Assembly: GCA_963677925.2 (NCBI GenBank)
Contig: CAXXYH010000003.1
Coordinates: forward strand, 960,001-1,024,000
Source: Spirochaetia bacterium
Lineage (GTDB): Bacteria > Spirochaetota > Spirochaetia > UBA9216
Direction of reading: 5' to 3'
Length of the DNA: 64,000 nt
Both the position numbers and the translations under genes were made by a program. The notes below the pieces were generated by a model. The model saw only the letters and a list, made by a program, of their open reading frames with translations. It had not been told where the DNA came from and did not search any database. Positions 58,398-64,000 of the stretch are shown here, one piece after another; within the stretch, counting starts at the first letter, position 1, and the number at the start of each line of letters is the position of its first letter.

Positions 58398-58970
58398 TTA
58401 TCTTTTTACTGCGTCAAGTTCACCGTTGATTGTAAGAATATCTCCGTTAAGAGCTGCCTTAAGGCTGCCTTTCCAGTAGAACATAGCGTTGGGATCGGGC
58501 ATATCACCTACATCTTTTCCGTCTGTCATCTTGATGAAGGTACCGTTAGTAAGACTGATATTTCCGTTTCTGTCTGTAACAATCTTGTATTCTGATCCGC
58601 GGTGTGAATATTCAATTGTTATAACACCATTGGATGCTTTTGAAGCCTTAAGACCGTCACCCTTTGCCTGCTCGCCGCCTGCAACACCGAAAAGAAACAG
58701 ACCTCTAAGTCCGTCAGGCATTACTTTTTTTCCTTCAACATCGTTTCTGTACGGCTGAAATAGATGAGTTGAACCCTTAAGAGATGCTGATGTTGCACCA
58801 TCGTAATGATCCTGCTCTGCAGCCATGTAGCGGATAGGACCTGTGAAGGTAAAATAGCTTACTCTTGTTTTGCCTGTAACATCAACCTTGAAATCAATCT
58901 TAAGATCCTGTGCGAATGCACCTGCAGCTGATACTGCAATAATTACAAGAACTAAAATGAGTTTACGCAA
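58398..58970 (-). CDS. Exported hypothetical protein
   Basis: TTG start behind AAGGAG; signal peptide ending AFA; beta-rich; no recognised family. Confidence 0.75.
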   Translation of the reverse strand: MRKLILVLVIIAVSAAGAFAQDLKIDFKVDVTGKTRVSYFTFTGPIRYMAAEQDHYDGATSASLKGSTHLFQPYRNDVEGKKVMPDGLRGLFLFGVAGGEQAKGDGLKASKASNGVITIEYSHRGSEYKIVTDRNGNISLTNGTFIKMTDGKDVGDMPDPNAMFYWKGSLKAALNGDILTINGELDAVKR

Positions 58971-58981
58971 TGTTTTCTCCT

Positions 58982-59028
58982 TTGCTAATGATTAGTAATA
59001 TTATCAGGCATTAATTTCATATAGTCAA
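58982..59028 (-). promoter_or_regulatory. Promoter with a Fur-family-like 7-1-7 palindrome over the start site
   Basis: TTGACT(59028-23)-N17-GATAAT(59005-00); TTGCTAAT-G-ATTAGTAA at 58982-58998. Confidence 0.55.
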
Positions 59029-59110
59029 ATTAATATTGATAAGAAATTCTCTATATGCACAGGAACTTATTCTGGATTTACGATACAATATACTTCAAAA
59101 GGAGATTAAT

Positions 59111-59560
59111 ATGAGTAAACAGCCAATAGTTATTCTGGCAGCAGCTCTAATGCTGATAGCCGGCTGTACAACCACATTCGAGAATATAAAATCAAAACCG
59201 GAGATTTATGCCGGAACCGACGCCAGGATACGTGCGGAAGTTGAGCTTGAGATTCCAATTCCGTTTATGAAGTATTCGGTTTACAAGCTGAATGATGACA
59301 CTGATATCATGTTCATGTTTTCTTCAAATGAATATACGATCGGTGACACTATCTCCGCTAATGTCCATGTGATTGGAATGACTGAGGCTTCAGCTGAGGG
59401 GTTTTCCAGAAGGATAATGGACCAGACTGCCGACTACCTTGTTGAAAAGGGAATTACAGAGAGAGAGAATGCTGCATCCGTCAGCCGGAAAATAGTGGCG
59501 CTGATATCCACCCTCGGCAGTCTTACCGAGGGCAGCTACTTCCTTATGGAGAATCAGTAA
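59111..59560 (+). CDS. Lipoprotein, possible OB-fold
   Basis: AGGAG RBS, lipobox LIAGC, YKLNDDT; start moved to ATG 59111. Confidence 0.75.
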   Translation: MSKQPIVILAAALMLIAGCTTTFENIKSKPEIYAGTDARIRAEVELEIPIPFMKYSVYKLNDDTDIMFMFSSNEYTIGDTISANVHVIGMTEASAEGFSRRIMDQTADYLVEKGITERENAASVSRKIVALISTLGSLTEGSYFLMENQ

Positions 59561-61140
59561 ACAACCGGACAGTCAATTACTGCAGGAACAGAAAGAGAAA
59601 GTGCATCTTCAAGGACCGGCTTCAGCTCAGCAGCGGATGTAATTGAATAGCCTTTCAAACCCATACTTTCAGCCATCATCCGGAAGTCAGGGTTTGAGAA
59701 ACCAGTCATCTCGGCAGCGCCGAACTTCTCTTTCTGCTTCATTGAGATTAACCCGTATTCGTTATCCCTGAAAATTAGAGTGACAAAATTTATTCCCTCT
59801 CTTCTTGCCGTTTCAAGTTCCTGGGCATTCATCATGAAGCCGCCGTCACCTGTTACTGCAAGTATCTTTCTATCAGGATATACAATTTTCGCAGCGACCG
59901 CGCCGGGAACAGCTATCCCCATTGCAGCGAATCCGTTTGAAATAATGCAGGTATTGGGGCGGTAGCAGTGATAATACCTTGCGATTGACATTTTATGGGC
60001 TCCGACATCAGAAATCAGAATGTCATCCTCCCCGAGAACTGCCCTCACATCATACAAGATTCGCCTCGGATCCATAGGAAATGAATCTATAGCCGCTGCC
60101 GAATGATATTCTTCAAGCAGCTCTTCCTTTAACTGGTAGGCAGCCTCAGGTTTTTCGGTACGGACGGATCGCCTTATTATCTCGGTTATAGAATCAGATA
60201 TGTCTCCGATAATATTTACAATCGGCTGGTAGTACTTGTTCACTTCTGCCTCATGGGAACCTATATGTATTACATCGATATTTCTCTCTGAATTCCACAT
60301 TTTGGGTGCGTACTCAATAAAATCATAACCGATACAGATAACAAGATCGGAACTGTCAAAAAGTTTATCAATAGCCATACGGTGATTAAGACCGACACTG
60401 AACATCGAATACCTGCTGGTGAACGGTATTATCCCCTTCCCCATGAAGGTATTTACTACCGGAATCTGCAGGCTTTCAGCCATCCTTAAAACAGTTTCCC
60501 CTGCTTTACAGCGAATCACCTCATTTCCCGCCAGAATCACCGGATTTAACGCGCGGGATATGGCAACGGCCGCCTTTTCAACACTTCCGTAAGCGGCAAA
60601 ACTCTTCTCATCGGTCAATGTCTTCCTGATAGGTTCCGCCTCTGTGGTCATTGCCCCGATATTATTCGGCAGATTTATATGTACAGCACCCGGTTTTTCA
60701 CGGACTGCAAGCTTGAAAGCTTTCCGAACCACTTCCGGTGTAATATCGGGACGGACGATCTGCTTGCTCCATTTAGTGACAGGCTGAAACATGTTTACAA
60801 GATCAAGGTACTGATGCCAGGTTATATGCATCTTATCTGTTCCAACCTGGGCTGTTAATGCTATCAGCGGGGCTCCGTCGAGGTTGGCATCTGCAACTCC
60901 TGTCATCAGATTTGTCGCTCCCGGTCCCAGGGTGGAAAGACAGACGCCGGGATTTCCGGTAAGCCTGCCGTAGACATCCGCCATAAATGCCGCCCCCTGC
61001 TCGTGTCTGGTGGTTATAAACCGAATCGGAGACCGAGTAAGTGCGTGGATGATATCAATGTTCTCTTCTCCGGGAACACCGAAAATATACTCCACATCCT
61101 CCTGTTCAAGACATCTAACAAGAAGTTCTGCTGTTGTCAT
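59554..61140 (-). CDS. ThDP-dependent enzyme, acetolactate synthase large-subunit family (2-oxoglutarate decarboxylase-like clade)
   Basis: FGVPGEEN, RHEQGAAFMA, TLGPGATN, SDVGAHK, SNGFAAMG, GDGGFMMN. Confidence 0.9.
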   Translation of the reverse strand: MTTAELLVRCLEQEDVEYIFGVPGEENIDIIHALTRSPIRFITTRHEQGAAFMADVYGRLTGNPGVCLSTLGPGATNLMTGVADANLDGAPLIALTAQVGTDKMHITWHQYLDLVNMFQPVTKWSKQIVRPDITPEVVRKAFKLAVREKPGAVHINLPNNIGAMTTEAEPIRKTLTDEKSFAAYGSVEKAAVAISRALNPVILAGNEVIRCKAGETVLRMAESLQIPVVNTFMGKGIIPFTSRYSMFSVGLNHRMAIDKLFDSSDLVICIGYDFIEYAPKMWNSERNIDVIHIGSHEAEVNKYYQPIVNIIGDISDSITEIIRRSVRTEKPEAAYQLKEELLEEYHSAAAIDSFPMDPRRILYDVRAVLGEDDILISDVGAHKMSIARYYHCYRPNTCIISNGFAAMGIAVPGAVAAKIVYPDRKILAVTGDGGFMMNAQELETARREGINFVTLIFRDNEYGLISMKQKEKFGAAEMTGFSNPDFRMMAESMGLKGYSITSAAELKPVLEDALSLSVPAVIDCPVVY

Positions 61141-61148
61141 GGCTTACT

Positions 61149-61313
61149 TCATTTCAGTTTTTTGGGATCACAGATTAGGTCTTTCTTCTCTGCTGTCCGG
61201 AGACACTGCTTGCAGATGAATTTTGCATTTAAGGCGTTCTCAACAAACAGTTCCTTATTTTCTTTGAAATCATCCTTGGAATATTTACACATCTTTCGTT
61301 TGAGTTCTGTCAT
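61149..61313 (-). CDS. Small basic 4-Cys protein (54 aa), possible zinc binder
   Basis: MC..KFICKQCLRTAEKKDLICDPKKL; AGGGGG RBS; candidate promoter TTGAAA-N16-TACACT at 61357-61330. Confidence 0.7.
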   Translation of the reverse strand: MTELKRKMCKYSKDDFKENKELFVENALNAKFICKQCLRTAEKKDLICDPKKLK

Positions 61314-61370
61314 ATTTCCCCCTAAGATGAGTGTAATAACAAAACTGCGGATTTCAAAATATTTTCGGTG

Positions 61371-61481
61371 AAAAAAAGAGGCTGGCCGCTGAATCACGGC
61401 AGCCTATTAAGGAATGGAATACAACCTGACAGGCTGTATTTGGTTTAACCGGTGAACTGACCGGCTAAATGGTAAATCGCA
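61371..61481 (-). ncRNA. Candidate small non-coding RNA (~110 nt)
   Basis: Two ~10-bp hairpins (61444-61469, 61418-61440), each with a G-U pair that works only on the minus strand, then a terminator hairpin (61379-61405) and U7; no ORF. Confidence 0.6.
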
Positions 61482-61487
61482 GTACAG

Positions 61488-61516
61488 ATTATAGAGAAAG
61501 TTGTTATATATTGCAA
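61488..61516 (-). promoter_or_regulatory. Strong sigma70-type promoter for the candidate sRNA
   Basis: TTGCAA(61516-11)-N17-TATAAT(61493-88). Confidence 0.75.
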
Positions 61517-61543
61517 CTTACATATTTATAGAAAATGCCGTCA

Positions 61544-64000
61544 TTATTGTATTTGGGTATCTACTCCCAGATACACCTGTTCCGAATCCTTAATGATACC
61601 GCGTTTAAGAAACTCCCGGAAGGCATTGATATCCTCCTCAGGAATGAACTGATCAGGTATATACACTTCTCTTGTACAAATCAGCTTTTTAGACTCAAAA
61701 GTATAGCTGTATTTCATATAGCTTTCGCCATAATTATAATCAGTGCTTTCAGGGAGGCTGCTTAATGTAAAATTATCCGGAATATCAATGATAGAAGTCT
61801 GTACCTGAGGAGTTGATAATGGAGATCCGGTAATTGAGATTCCATTTGTACTTTTATTTACACCAAGCCAGGATCTTACACGCAAATCAATAATATCTTC
61901 CCATGCAGGCGATATACAGAACAGCTCATTACCGGCTGATTTAAGAACAGGAGGAACTGTGCCGGTAAAGGAGATTATAGGATCAAAGAGCAGGTCTTCG
62001 ATATTTTTAGTATTAAAATCTTTGAGCAGCATCCCGGGCATCCAGGTATTCAATGCGGCGGAATAATATTCTTTCTGCTGCTCGCTGTTCCGCCAGTTAA
62101 ACGCCGCTCTGAGATCTCCGGCTGAGCGGCCCTGATATACAGCAGTTCCTTGAATCTCGGTATTTCCTGTAATACCTGACATCTCAATTAATGTATATGT
62201 TCTGTCTGAATCATCTGCTTCATTAATTTTTACAAGATTCCCGCCCTCGGTAACCGGGAGAACCCAGGTATTATAAAGCAGTTCGGGCATTTCTCCGTAT
62301 GTATAGTTGGTACCGGTAGGATCCAGAAACTCATCCCTGTCATTAATGGGTACGGCTACAATTGCATGCGTAAACCTGGGAGACGGCAGATACGGATGTT
62401 CTCCGTAATAACCCGGAGTACTTAGGACCAGATATGAATCAATGCCTGCAGCTTTCAGCATCGACACCAGAAGTACGCTCTGATCCTTGCAGTCACCGTA
62501 ACCTTCTCTGAATATTGATTCAGCAGTCTGAGGAACAAAATTACTGTACTGAAACGAAAGATCCTCATATTCAATTTGCGCAGAAACATAATTAAATATT
62601 GCAGCGATTATATCATCGGTTTTTTCAAGGCCCGAGCATAAGTCTTTTACTTTCTGTTCAATACTGCTGTCCGGATCCGTCTGACCAAGATAAAGGGTTT
62701 TGTACCAGTCAACAATATCTGTCCACTCAGATATGGAAGATATATCAACCCATGGGGCAATATCACGCAGAGGTGGCGACATGGCATCAACCTGAATGGC
62801 CTTTGCCTGACTGACAGTAAATACTGTTCTTTTATATCCTTCAATAAAATTATCTGTTACCTTCTCAACTTCATCTTCGGCTACATTATTATAATTATAT
62901 GAAAGTTCCGTATCTTCCGGATATATCAGCTGGAACTTCATCCTGTATACGGGATAATAATTTTTCAAATATACAGATGACCATAGTTCATTATTTATCT
63001 GACCTGACATATAGCTGTTTATTCTATATTTCATTACTATAAAATCTCCGGCGCTAAGACCTGGAAATGCAAGTTTTCTGCCGGATCTTTGAGCATAGAT
63101 CTTTGTTCCGTCGTCCTTAAGGATAAAAGCCTCATCGATATCGCCGTTTCCGTATGCCGGATTAAACTCGAGGTATTGATAACGGTTATCTTCTACCCCT
63201 CTGGCACTTAATACCTTTAGAATGAAATGCTGCATCGTGAACGAAGCACCGTCACCGAAAGAGACTTCAGTCCTGTCATCAAAAACAACTACAGCATCAG
63301 CATCTTCAAAGAAAAAGCCGGACTTCCGGTAATCATCAACAACAGAATAACTGTCTGAAATCTTAAGTTCCTTTCCAAACAGGCTCTCCCCGTTCAGCTC
63401 CCTTAATTCATCCCGGGTTTCCATATCCTGAGGATAGTATTTCACCAATTTGCCAAGAGCATCACTGTAGGCGGCTTTCTCCTTGTAATACATGGATTTG
63501 AATTCACTGCTTAAACCTGTATTATTTTCCGACTTAACTGCTTCAAGCTGCCGGTAAACATATCTGGACTGGCTTTTTTCCTTTGACATAATCTCATAGG
63601 ACATGGGGAAAGTGCCTGCGACCTCTGTAGTTTTTGCTCTTATATCACTTAATTTGGCATTTCCTTCGTCAAAAAGAAGATTTATATAATCAACCCACCA
63701 GGATTCGTTAATCGGATAATGTGCCAGATATTCTGTTATATATTTCTTTGCGAGTGTAAAATTATCGCGGTTGCGGTTTACCCTGTAGTTATAGACAAGT
63801 GCAGACCGGTACCCGCCTGTCCGGCCGAGACCAGAAATAAACTTAGAGAGCTGCTCATCTGAAAGGTTATCTGCATATCTGAGCATTGTATAATAAGGCA
63901 GAGCTAAACCCGGAAACTTTTCAGTAATTTTTCCCATCAGAGATGCGGCGGCTTTAGTCTCCTTGTTGCTCAGAAGAAGCCTGAGCCTTCCCTGCTGATA
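61544..64000 (-). CDS. DUF3857/transglutaminase-like domain protein with N-terminal helical repeats (5'-partial)
   Basis: Catalytic triad in GDCKD, FTHAI, FLDPT; frame open to window end. Confidence 0.85.
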   Translation of the reverse strand, partial: YQQGRLRLLLSNKETKAAASLMGKITEKFPGLALPYYTMLRYADNLSDEQLSKFISGLGRTGGYRSALVYNYRVNRNRDNFTLAKKYITEYLAHYPINESWWVDYINLLFDEGNAKLSDIRAKTTEVAGTFPMSYEIMSKEKSQSRYVYRQLEAVKSENNTGLSSEFKSMYYKEKAAYSDALGKLVKYYPQDMETRDELRELNGESLFGKELKISDSYSVVDDYRKSGFFFEDADAVVVFDDRTEVSFGDGASFTMQHFILKVLSARGVEDNRYQYLEFNPAYGNGDIDEAFILKDDGTKIYAQRSGRKLAFPGLSAGDFIVMKYRINSYMSGQINNELWSSVYLKNYYPVYRMKFQLIYPEDTELSYNYNNVAEDEVEKVTDNFIEGYKRTVFTVSQAKAIQVDAMSPPLRDIAPWVDISSISEWTDIVDWYKTLYLGQTDPDSSIEQKVKDLCSGLEKTDDIIAAIFNYVSAQIEYEDLSFQYSNFVPQTAESIFREGYGDCKDQSVLLVSMLKAAGIDSYLVLSTPGYYGEHPYLPSPRFTHAIVAVPINDRDEFLDPTGTNYTYGEMPELLYNTWVLPVTEGGNLVKINEADDSDRTYTLIEMSGITGNTEIQGTAVYQGRSAGDLRAAFNWRNSEQQKEYYSAALNTWMPGMLLKDFNTKNIEDLLFDPIISFTGTVPPVLKSAGNELFCISPAWEDIIDLRVRSWLGVNKSTNGISITGSPLSTPQVQTSIIDIPDNFTLSSLPESTDYNYGESYMKYSYTFESKKLICTREVYIPDQFIPEEDINAFREFLKRGIIKDSEQVYLGVDTQIQ

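Noticed and set aside
30334-61140. A 2-oxoglutarate to succinic semialdehyde to 4-hydroxybutyrate route linking the ThDP enzyme, aldo/keto reductase and CoA transferase
   Set aside because: The genes are far apart, in different transcription units and share no operator; purely speculative
22530-61397. Longest-ORF starts at 23675, 29488, 31713, 32904, 38241, 38252, 57345, 59036 and 61397
   Set aside because: The extensions run through promoters, operators, terminators or RBS sites; downstream starts fit the RBS or promoter geometry and the family N-termini
61371-61481. T-box or leader-peptide attenuator for an ilvB-like gene
   Set aside because: No T-box consensus, no long stem I, no Leu/Ile/Val-rich leader ORF, and the downstream genes have a separate candidate promoter
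917-62844. Numerous short antisense or alternate-frame ORFs in the track (e.g. 917-1435, 30922-31395, 31828-32367, 37759-38187, 50530-51171)
   Set aside because: They lie inside well-supported genes, have no recognisable motifs, and read as shadow frames
1-64000. CRISPR array, tRNA/rRNA, IS element, prophage or integron
   Set aside because: No regularly spaced direct repeats, cloverleaf motifs, transposase, integrase or phage genes were seen; intergenic gaps are all under about 300 bp

Overview
Gene-dense chromosomal window, most likely from a free-living spirochaete. The evidence is an F-A-G-G-type signal peptide on the ABC binding protein, a MurE variant compatible with ornithine, and exported proteins that look like small outer-membrane barrels. 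It holds about 54 plausible CDSs: cell wall (murE, ddl), dinB, hisI/hisG, mtnA, mobA, ybaK, signalling (hybrid kinase plus HD-GYP regulator, EAL protein, probable pseudokinase, MCP) and many envelope proteins. I found no tRNA, rRNA, CRISPR array, transposase or integrase. The main discovery is a 13-kb, 13-gene cluster (30334-43388). It encodes a Liv-type ABC importer, two serine alpha/beta hydrolases, a CoA transferase, an NAD-type SDR, an SCP2-type thiolase, two FabH-fold enzymes with non-canonical catalytic triads, and a tandem double-TetR regulator. All five of its promoters carry the same asymmetric operator, TGAGAGRWGATTCA, directly after the -10 box, so the sequence defines it as one regulon. 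It looks like a CoA-dependent ester or 3-hydroxyacid catabolic pathway rather than fatty-acid synthesis. Other signals: a candidate stand-alone ~110-nt sRNA (61371-61481, minus strand) with its own promoter, two hairpins and a terminator; at least seven genes with leaderless-mRNA promoter geometry; a C-terminally clipped ThDP enzyme resembling cyanobacterial 2-oxoglutarate decarboxylase; and several proteins with degenerate active sites or unusual domain layouts. All family assignments come from motif recognition by eye, not from database searches.
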